60,067 bases of DNA, taken from the IMG/VR virus record IMGVR_UViG_3300025894_001094, positions 1 to 60,067 of that record. One strand, written 5' to 3'. The stretch's first letter is position 1; each line of letters opens with the position of its first letter. A program made the translations under genes and the position numbers. The DNA comes from a virus. Lineage: Duplodnaviria > Caudoviricetes. The notes under the pieces are model-generated. The model saw only the letters and a list, made by a program, of their open reading frames with translations. It had not been told where the DNA came from and made no database searches. Shown piece by piece: positions 36,795 to 46,390 of the stretch.

Positions 36795-37206
36795 TTCTTT
36801 TTTGATATTCCTCTTCGGATCCTGGATATTGTGTCCAGCAGTAGGTTGCAACCATTGTCATGAAAATTGTTGACCATAGCAGTGCGTTGAGATTATACGT
36901 TGTGAACCATAGAAAGAGTAGTGAGGAAGACATCACAGTGACCATGGCATATTTTGCTTTGGTTGGAAAGATTCTTTTCTCTACGAAGTTTGTGAGAAAT
37001 GGTCCAAAATGTTTGTGATTATACAGGTAATCATGCATACGTTTTGATGACTTCGAGAAACAATATGCAGAGAATACAAGAAATATTGAGAATGGAATAC
37101 CGGGTGTGACAAATCCGATATAAGCAAAAACCAGAGATATCATCCCGAGTGTGTACCATAGTGCTTTCTTAATACGGGAACTGTTGTTTTTTGAATTGTG
37201 TGACAT
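36784..37206 (-). CDS. YbaN/DUF454-family membrane protein
   Basis: IGFVTPGIP...FSAYCFSKSS.RMH.YL.NH..FGP, IFPTKAK. Confidence 0.85.
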   Translation of the reverse strand: MSHNSKNNSSRIKKALWYTLGMISLVFAYIGFVTPGIPFSIFLVFSAYCFSKSSKRMHDYLYNHKHFGPFLTNFVEKRIFPTKAKYAMVTVMSSSLLFLWFTTYNLNALLWSTIFMTMVATYCWTQYPGSEEEYQKRNEN

Positions 37207-37837
37207 AATCGGGTTCTAGTCCAAGGGATATCATGACGTTTTTTGAGTTGGTGTTTTCGAGTTGATTTCGACAATATTTAGATCGATTAGATTTATAGTC
37301 TTTTAGATGTACCCAATCAACGGTGGTATTCATGAGAGTGTCAAGATCTTTGAACCATGCGTGAAGATTTTCTTTTCCCATGTGAACGAGGTTTTTGATC
37401 TCTTTGGGGTCATCGGTTGCACCAGCAACTACCATATGAGGGGAGAATATTTCCCGTGCCCAAGGGGGTAATGCACGTGTGCGTTTGGGAATATAGGGGG
37501 TTACGTTGGTGATGAAATCTTTGGATGCTTGGGAGTAGTTTTTGGAGACTGGTGACATGTCATGAAAACATCCGGTGACTTTGTTCTTGCCACAAATGAT
37601 ATCAAACCCGTATATGGGCATGGGATAATCGTCTTTTGAGAAACAGGCAATATGCATCATCCACATTTTTTTGGTGTCGCGGCAGTCGATGATGGATATA
37701 TTTGCGAGATCGGTCTTTTTCGAGGTGTATCGAATATCCGTGTGCGGTCCATTTTGTGTGATAGTGGGTCGATCACAATGCCCTTCCATCATGATCTGAG
37801 CATATTTGCTGAAATCAATAAATTCATCCCATATCAT
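37169..37837 (-). CDS. pcyX: Ferredoxin-dependent bilin reductase, PcyX-like
   Basis: MIW start, WMMH, PIYGFDIICGKNKVTGCFHDMSP, RALPPWAREIFS, MISLGL; adjacent to heme oxygenase. Confidence 0.8.
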   Translation of the reverse strand: MIWDEFIDFSKYAQIMMEGHCDRPTITQNGPHTDIRYTSKKTDLANISIIDCRDTKKMWMMHIACFSKDDYPMPIYGFDIICGKNKVTGCFHDMSPVSKNYSQASKDFITNVTPYIPKRTRALPPWAREIFSPHMVVAGATDDPKEIKNLVHMGKENLHAWFKDLDTLMNTTVDWVHLKDYKSNRSKYCRNQLENTNSKNVMISLGLEPDYVTQFKKQQFPY

Positions 37838-38375
37838 GGCTAGTCATCTCTAAGTGGTCTTTTGATATTGCGATATGCCATTTAAAACCGATTTTTACCT
37901 CGTCAATGTAAGGTCGATAAAGAGGAGCATCATAGGTCTCACAATACCGATCTCGAACCAATTGTCTTTTAGCAACTATCTGCTCGAATTGATACGCAGA
38001 AGCAGTGGTAGGATATTTTTGTTTCATAATTTGCCCACCATACATGAACCCCATATAATTCAGGTAGATATGTGCTCGAACATCAGAACAGACATTTTTG
38101 AGATAGGTAGCATAGGCAATAGCAATGTGAGACGGTTCTGCCCACCAAAATGCGCGAAGTTGTGCTAGATCGTTTTCTAGATAGGGCAAACGTCGAATAG
38201 AAGGATCAACACACAAGTCTAGAACAGAGAATATTTCAATGTTTGACATGAGATAAACAGCACGTTCTTCGTCTGTTTGATTGCCTTCGAACATTTTTAC
38301 ATTAAAAGGTTGTTCTTCTAATTCTTCATGCAAATAATGCGTTGCTGACCTGATCGCGTTGTTTGTACTCATCAA
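37824..38375 (-). CDS. Heme oxygenase (HemO/Ho1-like)
   Basis: AT..LHEELE (proximal His), LENDL, HIY..YMG.MYGGQI, EVKIGF. Confidence 0.8.
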   Translation of the reverse strand: MMSTNNAIRSATHYLHEELEEQPFNVKMFEGNQTDEERAVYLMSNIEIFSVLDLCVDPSIRRLPYLENDLAQLRAFWWAEPSHIAIAYATYLKNVCSDVRAHIYLNYMGFMYGGQIMKQKYPTTASAYQFEQIVAKRQLVRDRYCETYDAPLYRPYIDEVKIGFKWHIAISKDHLEMTSHDMG

Positions 38376-39039
38376 TGGTTTCCAGTAATTTGGTTGTGTG
38401 TGTATCTCTGTGCTCTACAAAAACTTGCTGTCCGGGTGACCCATTGAACGTCATCTCGTCTACGGAAACTATGGTAACGAGTTGGGTAATTGGCATTCCG
38501 GTGCGTTCTTCCCACATGATGGCATAAGCTGCTTCTTGCATGAAATATTGTCCGATCCAGTTTCGCTTCTTAGGTTTTCTGCTGGTTTTGAAATCGATGA
38601 TGGATAATTTCCCATCGAACTCAGCAACACAGTCAACACGCCCAGCAACGCCAAGGTGATCGCTGTATAACGGAAGCTCCTGTCCGAACACTGTTCCGAT
38701 TCGTTCATCTAGCACATCCTTTACTGTGAGAAATGATTGTATAATATTTGGGTTGAATTCTGCTTTCAAATCTTCCATTGACGTATTGTCAATATATTTT
38801 TCAATGAATTCGTGAACGGCAGTACCTCGCCGTGATGCAATTTCAGATACTTTGTTTGCTTCTTTGTCACCTACCTTCTTACGCCATGCTGCTATTGAAT
38901 CTTCGGAAAGAATCGATAGCACTGTGGTGATGGATGGGTAATTTTTACGCTCCACTGGATGCTCGTACACACGACCATTTTCTGTGGTGTGTGCGATCAT
39001 GTCAGTATAACCTAGATCTATTTTATCATGTTTAAACAC
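38326..39039 (-). CDS. PD-(D/E)XK (Cas4/RecB-like) exonuclease; likely GTG start 39039
   Basis: YPSITTVLS, RGTAVH, AGRVDC, IIDFKTS, QEAAYA. Confidence 0.88.
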   Translation of the reverse strand: MFKHDKIDLGYTDMIAHTTENGRVYEHPVERKNYPSITTVLSILSEDSIAAWRKKVGDKEANKVSEIASRRGTAVHEFIEKYIDNTSMEDLKAEFNPNIIQSFLTVKDVLDERIGTVFGQELPLYSDHLGVAGRVDCVAEFDGKLSIIDFKTSRKPKKRNWIGQYFMQEAAYAIMWEERTGMPITQLVTIVSVDEMTFNGSPGQQVFVEHRDTHTTKLLETIDEYKQRDQVSNALFA

Positions 39040-39736
39040 GCGGGGTAACCTTTTGTTGATCCATACCGCGACCATCAGATATATCAGACTGATCGACACG
39101 CGATTGGTGAGTACTTAAAGGTTTATTATATAACATTACTCGCATGTTGTCAAGCTTTGGAATCTTAAATGAGTCATGATTGTGGTGAAATACGAATTCT
39201 GTCTTGGGAAATTCTCGAAATATGTCCCGCCATATAGGTCTCCAATTATTCAGCAAGCGATAATTGTTGGTGTCTGTTCGATCCGATGAGAGATACACAT
39301 CTGTGATTGACCTCATATTAAAATCGAATATGGTATCAAATCCATATAGATGAATAACATCCGGTTTGAATTTAGTTGCGGTGTAGTGTACTGCCATATG
39401 CCCACAATTAAAATTAGTGGCATTTCCCGCATATTTTGGAACGTGTGTGTAGAATTCTTTGATGTTGGGTGCGTATTTCATATAAAATGCGTGTCGAGAA
39501 TTCATCCAAATGCGAGGTCGTGTTCCTAGCACCCAATTATATTGATCAATTGCTATTTCACCAGCAGTGAGTGCTGCCATCATTTTAAAATCTACCATGC
39601 AAGTCGCATAGACTTCTTTTGCAGGAACTTCGAAGGGTGGCATGTTGCACAATATTTTAGTGCCTATCCTCGGTTCTTCCAAATAATATGATGCTTTATC
39701 ACCATTTCCTAAAACATGAATTTCTTTACTGCTCAT
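39032..39736 (-). CDS. Hypothetical protein, possibly glycosyltransferase-related
   Basis: VLGNG, CN, NCGHMA, IHLYGFD pattern typical of sialyltransferase-like/MAF-like Rossmann domains. Confidence 0.5.
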   Translation of the reverse strand: MSSKEIHVLGNGDKASYYLEEPRIGTKILCNMPPFEVPAKEVYATCMVDFKMMAALTAGEIAIDQYNWVLGTRPRIWMNSRHAFYMKYAPNIKEFYTHVPKYAGNATNFNCGHMAVHYTATKFKPDVIHLYGFDTIFDFNMRSITDVYLSSDRTDTNNYRLLNNWRPIWRDIFREFPKTEFVFHHNHDSFKIPKLDNMRVMLYNKPLSTHQSRVDQSDISDGRGMDQQKVTPRV

Positions 39737-40394
39737 TATAAATCATTTTCTCAATTTGCATATTACCTTTCAGTCCTGTCCAATGCATACACAATTTATT
39801 CGGTGAGTCTTCTCCGTCTAATAATTGTATACGCAACCAATTGTATATGTTAGGCAGATCTGTGATGTTGGATACTCGTTTTAATGGTGATTCTTTCAGG
39901 ATTTCGTGCAACACTTCCTGATCACCTTGCTTAGGGTTATCTATACAAGATCTTACCCACTCATTTAAAATTGTGGGTTTATCTCTTATCGCAATGACAC
40001 CAGAATTGTGCCACGTTTCACCGCGTCTTTTTGACCATGGTTTGTCTTCTACCATGCCAATTTTGTTATTTTCTATAAATTTAAAAATGCCAGATAGATC
40101 ACCAAGAACGTGTATATCAGTGTCCAACCACACTGTTTCATGACTATCGACGAGTTGCATCGTTTTTGGTTTCAAAAACCAACCGTTTGCTCTTTGTTTG
40201 GGTATATCAATCACATCAGCAAATTCACTGACCTGATATGCCCATGCTCTCGTCTCTGATGACATGCCAAAATCAGCAAGTACGATGGGAAGAGTATTAT
40301 GTTTCACATAATTTTTAAGAAACCACTTCAACTGCCATTCTGTTTTTGTGTCACACCCTGTAACAAATGCTCTAGGGTACTTGTATGATGCCAT
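39726..40394 (-). CDS. GT-A glycosyltransferase, GT8-like (likely start 40394)
   Basis: WFLKP, WLDTD, HNSGV, GDQEVL, YNW, HWTG. Confidence 0.8.
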   Translation of the reverse strand: MASYKYPRAFVTGCDTKTEWQLKWFLKNYVKHNTLPIVLADFGMSSETRAWAYQVSEFADVIDIPKQRANGWFLKPKTMQLVDSHETVWLDTDIHVLGDLSGIFKFIENNKIGMVEDKPWSKRRGETWHNSGVIAIRDKPTILNEWVRSCIDNPKQGDQEVLHEILKESPLKRVSNITDLPNIYNWLRIQLLDGEDSPNKLCMHWTGLKGNMQIEKMIYNEQ

Positions 40395-41067
40395 ACGTAT
40401 CACTCCAATTATGTTTTGCTCTGCACCCAACATCTCTTTGAATAGTGGTAAAGTTGTCTCTTGCTTCTACTGGCCATGGATAATACTCTTGTAACCATGG
40501 AAAATTCTGTATATTCAAATATACATCAGTTGGACCCGCCATTGCGGTTTGAGTTGCATGTTCAATAAGACTTTGAGCACCTTCGGGTGATACTGAATAA
40601 GCATGAGCACCAGGAAAGTATCCTTTGGACACAAGCGGTTGAAATCCCATTTTTGGCGGTTGTTGAAACTGACCATAACTAGGGTGTCCAAAGTTGACAA
40701 TGTGCAGTTTTTGTTTAGTGCCATAGAGATATAGTTTATCAAAATTTTCTGGTATAGAATTCACAGCAACAGCATCGTGTTCTAATATGAGTAAGGTTTC
40801 GTTTAGAATTACACTCTGTTCCCATAATCTAAAATGAGACATGAAAGCAGACATACAATTTTTAACATATGATCCGCCATTTTCATTGAAATATTGACTT
40901 TCGATACCTTTATTTTTAAATAATGAGTATATCTGATCTTTCGGAGTTGTTGCTCTCCATTTCTCGACAGTAATATGTTTATTAGTACGTTCGAATGATT
41001 TGATACACCTATTAGCAGCAGCAACAGAGGCAGGTAAATCCATAATGGTTATAACATATGCTTTCAT
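40372..41067 (-). CDS. GT25-like glycosyltransferase
   Basis: KAYVITI, AFMSHFRLW, LILEHDA, GAHAY.VSPEGA, PTD. Confidence 0.85.
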   Translation of the reverse strand: MKAYVITIMDLPASVAAANRCIKSFERTNKHITVEKWRATTPKDQIYSLFKNKGIESQYFNENGGSYVKNCMSAFMSHFRLWEQSVILNETLLILEHDAVAVNSIPENFDKLYLYGTKQKLHIVNFGHPSYGQFQQPPKMGFQPLVSKGYFPGAHAYSVSPEGAQSLIEHATQTAMAGPTDVYLNIQNFPWLQEYYPWPVEARDNFTTIQRDVGCRAKHNWSDTYGIIQVP

Positions 41068-41774
41068 TTCGTGGTCGTAGATATTGATGGTTGTATGGTG
41101 GTTGCGTAGTCAGTAAGGCACCCGAGCATGCGTGGCATCAGTTGCTTACACATGATAGCATCGTTTGGCCATGCACCGAAATGACGCACCAGTTCAATGA
41201 GTGTTCGTGCTCCTATTGGTGTTATATAGTATGCCGAATTTCCAGGTAATCCTTGTGGTATCTGCCTGTTCTCGTCTATCCATGGAGCATACATCACTGC
41301 GACACCATGGGACCATCTGCCTTGGTGCAACATGTTATGGTAAACAGCAGACTTCCGAGTTGCTCCACGAGGATCGTTGAGTGAGATGATGTTGTGTTTG
41401 TCTATCAATTCTTCTAAATCCAAACGGCGAGTGAATATAGCATCATGCTCTAATATCATATACTCCTCTTGTTCTTCGGCACACTGTTTCCACAGTCGGT
41501 AATGAGACATGAAGCATGCCATGCGTTTGGAGGGTTCAGCAGTTTCGTATGGAGTTTTATATAACCCGCTCTGTATGTCAAGATGCCCTTTGGTCCATGG
41601 ATAATTCCATTTAAGGTTATGTTCTTTGAATTGGTCGATTACATTATCTGCGTCAGTTGCTAGGTATTTGTCAATGACGAAATTGTTCTTGTAATGATTA
41701 CTTGAATCAATGCATTTGTCTGCAAGTTCAAACGAGTTTTTATCGTCTGATAATGTGATGATTTTTGCTCTCAT
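41064..41774 (-). CDS. GT25-like glycosyltransferase
   Basis: ACFMSHYRLW, ILEHDA, GNSAYYITP.GA, PND. Confidence 0.85.
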   Translation of the reverse strand: MRAKIITLSDDKNSFELADKCIDSSNHYKNNFVIDKYLATDADNVIDQFKEHNLKWNYPWTKGHLDIQSGLYKTPYETAEPSKRMACFMSHYRLWKQCAEEQEEYMILEHDAIFTRRLDLEELIDKHNIISLNDPRGATRKSAVYHNMLHQGRWSHGVAVMYAPWIDENRQIPQGLPGNSAYYITPIGARTLIELVRHFGAWPNDAIMCKQLMPRMLGCLTDYATTIQPSISTTTK

Positions 41775-42502
41775 AATATTGTGGTCCCCAGATATTTCTC
41801 AATTTGTGCGCCACCATATACACACAGGTGGTCATCGTCTTCACTCAGTACCTGATACCACCCATTCTCTGCTACTTGTAACAATTTTGTGTCGTGCAAT
41901 TCTTGGCAGAGTTCTTGGTTGAATTTCGCGGGTGGGTGCATGATCATTGGATCCATAAGATACTTATACCAATCTTGGTTGTCGGCAAACCCCTTTGGTT
42001 GAACCTTTGGTAATTCATATAACTCGAACAGGTTGCGGTGACGTGATGTGCGTGTACCAAACCCTATTGCGATATTTTGCTTGACACTTTCTCTGACATA
42101 TTTTGTGAGGTCTACCTTGTGTGATAGGTAGGTGTCATATCTCACTCGCACAATCAGATCATAGTGCTTCTCTATGCTCTTGAGTTGCTGGGCATGTCCC
42201 AATATCTGCTTGGTGTGGTGCTGGGTGCGTTCACGATATTCCGGATCTTTCAAACATCGTTCCCTCAGTGACCTCTGTTTGAATTGCAAATTTTCTATTG
42301 GCACATCAACCAGAGGGTGGTAGTGTATATGGGGTTCTTTTAGCAACAAACAATCTAAATTGGGTGGGATCAGGTGTGCCTTGGACCACCACGTAGCATA
42401 ATAGTAATCAGCATCTGGGAAATGTTTTTTTACAGATGTGTTGCAACGAATGAAACTCTCGTTCGTGCGCGGCACACCAGAGTAAAACACTGCTATGTTC
42501 AC
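41771..42502 (-). CDS. RxRYD-family putative glycosyltransferase, paralog 1
   Basis: IAVFYSG.PR, ATW, YDLIVRVRYD, AENGWYQVL. Confidence 0.6.
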   Translation of the reverse strand: MNIAVFYSGVPRTNESFIRCNTSVKKHFPDADYYYATWWSKAHLIPPNLDCLLLKEPHIHYHPLVDVPIENLQFKQRSLRERCLKDPEYRERTQHHTKQILGHAQQLKSIEKHYDLIVRVRYDTYLSHKVDLTKYVRESVKQNIAIGFGTRTSRHRNLFELYELPKVQPKGFADNQDWYKYLMDPMIMHPPAKFNQELCQELHDTKLLQVAENGWYQVLSEDDDHLCVYGGAQIEKYLGTTIL

Positions 42503-43155
42503 ACAGGACTCCTGCTGAAATGCACGTCTGCTTCGTGTCCTTGGGGGTTGCTTGTGGTCACGTAGAATCCCTCACCCCTGAGATATTGCCTTGCGTTTGC
42601 AAGTGTGTTGTTGGTGCCCTTGTACAGTTGCGTCTTTGCGGCAACCTCGATGACACCCGTTTTCACTCTCTTCAAATATTTGCCCATACTCTTGAGCACG
42701 TTAATGTCGTTGCCCTGTGCGTCCACGTGAATGAATGCAATCTCCTCAAACTCTATGTTGTCAAGGTAAGTATCGAGTCGAGTAGTTTCTACCTCAATTC
42801 TTTCCTGAACGTTAAAATCAGGTCTGCCCTGCCACACATCATGGATGTTATCCGCAAACTCGAATAAACTACTGCACCCATATGGGTGGATCTTGCGTCC
42901 AGTACCATCGGTGAATCGCGCATCCGGTTCATTAAAACTCAGGTTAAAATTTGCGGTACCATCGACAAGGTCTACTGCTTGTGGGTTAACGAACACATTG
43001 GGGTTCTCCGCAAACCTCTTGTTCGTATGCTCGAACATTGCGGGTACGGGTTCAAACCCGTGCAGTTCCATCTTGTTTCCGAATCGATCTAGAATGCGAG
43101 CAGTGTCAAACCCATCGCTCATCCCCACTTCCATCAGAATCTGTTTTTGTATCAT
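42499..43155 (-). CDS. FkbM-family methyltransferase (likely start 43155)
   Basis: EVGMSDG, GFEPVP, GCSSL, FIHVDAQGND. Confidence 0.85.
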   Translation of the reverse strand: MIQKQILMEVGMSDGFDTARILDRFGNKMELHGFEPVPAMFEHTNKRFAENPNVFVNPQAVDLVDGTANFNLSFNEPDARFTDGTGRKIHPYGCSSLFEFADNIHDVWQGRPDFNVQERIEVETTRLDTYLDNIEFEEIAFIHVDAQGNDINVLKSMGKYLKRVKTGVIEVAAKTQLYKGTNNTLANARQYLRGEGFYVTTSNPQGHEADVHFSRSPV

Positions 43156-43814
43156 GGCATGTACCTTTTTAGTTGTATTGCTCCCCTGTAATTTCGAAAC
43201 CCGTTCATGCCCAGTATCTGGTGCCAACCTGCATTGGTGGGCATCATACGCTCCTGCTCGACCAGAGAACATACGTTCAGGCATGCCTCTGGTTTGTGGA
43301 TGGTCATGAAATCCAGCAAAAATGGTTTGGATGCTCTAAATGGCAACAAGGGTTGAAATGCCATCAATTTGTTTTCGTCGTCTTTTCTGTTGGTGTTGCC
43401 TATGCCAATGCTCGCACCATCTCGATTGCACTGCTCACACAACTCCATGAGTTTATCGGTGTTGCCCAGAAATGTATCGTACCGCATGCGTATGATAATG
43501 TCATAGTTTTTTTTGATAGAGTCTAGTAACAACCAATGTGCGAGGTGCTGAAAATACCCTGTTTTCAGGCGAGGTATCTCAGAACCTTTGTGCTGTAGAT
43601 GTTCACCATGGACTTCCATGAACTCAGGGACCTGATAGCAGTTATAAGTTGGTTTTGGATCGGGAAAGTATCGCATGCGATCAACGTCCACCTTTGGACG
43701 TTCGCTTTCCCACGTGGATAGGTAAATGTCACCTTTGGGTAAATTGGAAAGATGGTTCTGCATCCACCCATCCCACTTGCGGTAGAGTCCCGAATAGAGG
43801 ATTGCTATTTTCAT
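43152..43814 (-). CDS. RxRYD-family putative glycosyltransferase, paralog 2
   Basis: IAILYSGLYR, STW, YDIIIRMRYD, NAGWHQIL. Confidence 0.6.
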   Translation of the reverse strand: MKIAILYSGLYRKWDGWMQNHLSNLPKGDIYLSTWESERPKVDVDRMRYFPDPKPTYNCYQVPEFMEVHGEHLQHKGSEIPRLKTGYFQHLAHWLLLDSIKKNYDIIIRMRYDTFLGNTDKLMELCEQCNRDGASIGIGNTNRKDDENKLMAFQPLLPFRASKPFLLDFMTIHKPEACLNVCSLVEQERMMPTNAGWHQILGMNGFRNYRGAIQLKRYMP

Positions 43815-45154
43815 GACTTGTCGTGTATGAATCTATTAAGATCTTCAGGTGTACCAAGACCCCACATTTCCTTTGCTTTATGAGTGCGTATAACTTTACC
43901 GTCTTCGATTGCTTGGTTGTATACTGGACACACGTAGAACTCGTTATTGACACGAATATCTTTTTCGATCATGCGTTCTGCGTATTTAACAAAGTCTGCA
44001 CCACGCCTCCAATAATAGTATCCCACAGTTGCCTCATCGCTGATTGGGTTCTTCTCTGCGACTTCGGTAACCATTCCTGATTCATTAGTTTTGGCAAATG
44101 ACCACTTGGGGTGGGTAGCAGTGAATGTCACGATACCACCATCTGCCTGAGACTCTTGCATCTCGTACATAAACTGGATGGGGTCCCAATCAACCCATTG
44201 GTCACTGTTAGCAAAGAACAACGGTTGCTCGTTGTTAATCAACTCCTTTGCGAGCAAGGTGGTGCATGCCGCTCCTTCGGTGATGCCATCGACTTCTATC
44301 ACTTTGCAATTGGGTGCTATGAGCGGAAGCATGTTGTCGAGATGGAATTGCTCTCGATGCTTTTTCTGCACGATGAATATAAAATTCGCGTCCACTCCTA
44401 TGTTCTCAACAACCACCTGAATCATGGGTTTACCGTTAACGTCAATCAACGGTTTAGGAAACGAATACCCTGCCTGTGCAAAACGAGATCCCGCACCTGC
44501 CATAGGAATTAGTACGTTGACATTATCGTCTTTCCATTTTGTCACAAACTGTTCTCCTGTAAGTTTAGAATATATGTTATCCACTGTCACGTCTTCTGGT
44601 GCTGACACTCGTATGACCTTTGCTCTTGCTCGATGAGCAGCAGCAAGTCCTTGTGGTGAATCTTCAACGATGACTGTTTCTTCTGGCAAACATCCTTGCA
44701 TAGACATTGCTTTCCAGTACATTTCTGGATGAGGTTTAGGATTTTTAACATCATCATTTGATATGATGACAGACAAATACTCCATCAATTCTGATTTTGC
44801 CAGAGCAGTCAAAACAGTTCGACGTATGCTATTTGAGCACACACCCACCATATAACCATCATCAACCAGTTTTTTAAATAATTCTACTATGTAAGGACGA
44901 GACCTGATATTCAAGAATTCTTTCATTGTCAGTTCTTGTTTAAGATCAAAAATTTCTTTGTATCGACTTGGTGGGAGACCTTTTCTTTCAGTCAACATCT
45001 CCATCTTCTGGGTTGTTTTCCGTCCGTCATAAATGTTAATATGTTCTTCTTCGGTGATTGCATATTCACCAAGTGCAGTATTTAAACAAGCAAAATGAAT
45101 CCACTTAGTGTCAATCAAAACCCCATCAAGATCAAATAAAATTAATTTAACCAT
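43811..45154 (-). CDS. HAD phosphatase fused to sugar nucleotidyltransferase
   Basis: FDLDGVL, KPHPE, VEDS; then IPMAGAGSRF, PKPLI, EGAACT, NSDQ, EK, NNEFYVCP, LGTPEDL. Confidence 0.9.
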   Translation of the reverse strand: MVKLILFDLDGVLIDTKWIHFACLNTALGEYAITEEEHINIYDGRKTTQKMEMLTERKGLPPSRYKEIFDLKQELTMKEFLNIRSRPYIVELFKKLVDDGYMVGVCSNSIRRTVLTALAKSELMEYLSVIISNDDVKNPKPHPEMYWKAMSMQGCLPEETVIVEDSPQGLAAAHRARAKVIRVSAPEDVTVDNIYSKLTGEQFVTKWKDDNVNVLIPMAGAGSRFAQAGYSFPKPLIDVNGKPMIQVVVENIGVDANFIFIVQKKHREQFHLDNMLPLIAPNCKVIEVDGITEGAACTTLLAKELINNEQPLFFANSDQWVDWDPIQFMYEMQESQADGGIVTFTATHPKWSFAKTNESGMVTEVAEKNPISDEATVGYYYWRRGADFVKYAERMIEKDIRVNNEFYVCPVYNQAIEDGKVIRTHKAKEMWGLGTPEDLNRFIHDKS

Positions 45155-45611
45155 TCTTATATCTCTCTATGTAATCTGAACATATACCGCGAAATCCCTC
45201 TTCCTCCCATGGATAATCTTTGCCTAACGCAACAGTGATTGCAACTCCTGCGCTCTTAGGTAAGGGTGCTGGTTTGAATGGGTATGCCCATATCCAACCT
45301 TTGGAAGTAAGTGTATAATCATCTTCCTGATGCCAGAAAGAGTTGAAGGTGCTTGACATGAGTATGAGTGCTTGTGAATTCTTGCAATGCACCACCAACT
45401 GATCTCGATACTTCATCATCCATTCTAGATCAACACGATACTCTGGTTCATCATGACCCAACCATACATGAGACTGTGTGCCATCACCTAGTGCCCAGCA
45501 ATCGAGTTCTACACGGTACCTTTGCTCTAATGCATGCTCAATATATTCTGGTTTGTTCTCCTCGCTTGGATTAGGACCATCGAGATTACCTCTGTGTGAA
45601 ATGTATATCAT
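45147..45611 (-). CDS. Short GDPD-like phosphodiesterase
   Basis: ISHRGN, EN, VELD, LGHD, HCKN, GICSD. Confidence 0.8.
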   Translation of the reverse strand: MIYISHRGNLDGPNPSEENKPEYIEHALEQRYRVELDCWALGDGTQSHVWLGHDEPEYRVDLEWMMKYRDQLVVHCKNSQALILMSSTFNSFWHQEDDYTLTSKGWIWAYPFKPAPLPKSAGVAITVALGKDYPWEEEGFRGICSDYIERYKNG

Positions 45612-46390
45612 ATCATTTGCATCAGACGTGCTAAGTCTTCTCCTTTGTGAGGCAGTTTGTCTTTGAGAAAGAAATGTACAAAATCACACTCTGTTATCTG
45701 TGTGTTGGCGGTGAACAGTCCATTGAATTCGGATGGTAATTTAGTATGTGGAATCTTCTGTTTCTTGATCCACCAGTTAAGCAACGTCTGATCCGTACTC
45801 CACTTCCACGCACCATCACCGTCAATGAATCGCTTGAACTCAAATCGATTGAGAAACTCTCGGGGGGTCTCGTCATTAAGATAGGGTAGTAGGTCCTTGT
45901 TGAACACCATCACACCCATGTTCATGAACTCAGCACCGTAAAAATTCCAATCCCAATCTACATCTTTGAGTGTGAGGTACTGCATGCGTGAGTAGTTTTG
46001 AATCTTTGCGATGTAGTCTTTGGTCAATGGCATGTCTCGTTCAACACATGCGCCGAACGCAGTGCCCTCTTCCATTGCCTCAAAAATGTTGGGCGCATTC
46101 TGACGAACGAACACATCAGCATCTATTACTGCTATCTCGTCATATTCACCCAGATATTTAAATGCGTTCTCTTTCTCATAGATGGGCAAATAACCACCAT
46201 GCTTTGAAGTTGCTTCTCTACTTCTGTTGCTCATGAATGGATCTGGTGCAATCCTCAACAACGGTTGAGTCTGTACAAAATGATCTATGTTGTGTAAGCG
46301 ACAATATTCTTTAACACTATCAATACAAAATCTGTATAGTTTAGAGTTTGCTGATTCACCTACTTTTACCTGATATACCAATCTTTTCAT
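45608..46390 (-). CDS. GT8-like glycosyltransferase
   Basis: IYEK, VIDAD, NMGVM, TDQTLLN, FVHF. Confidence 0.8.
   Translation of the reverse strand: MKRLVYQVKVGESANSKLYRFCIDSVKEYCRLHNIDHFVQTQPLLRIAPDPFMSNRSREATSKHGGYLPIYEKENAFKYLGEYDEIAVIDADVFVRQNAPNIFEAMEEGTAFGACVERDMPLTKDYIAKIQNYSRMQYLTLKDVDWDWNFYGAEFMNMGVMVFNKDLLPYLNDETPREFLNRFEFKRFIDGDGAWKWSTDQTLLNWWIKKQKIPHTKLPSEFNGLFTANTQITECDFVHFFLKDKLPHKGEDLARLMQMI

Noticed and set aside
38326-39099. Cas4 as evidence of a CRISPR system
   Set aside because: Stand-alone phage exonuclease without the Fe-S cysteine cluster; no array or other cas genes
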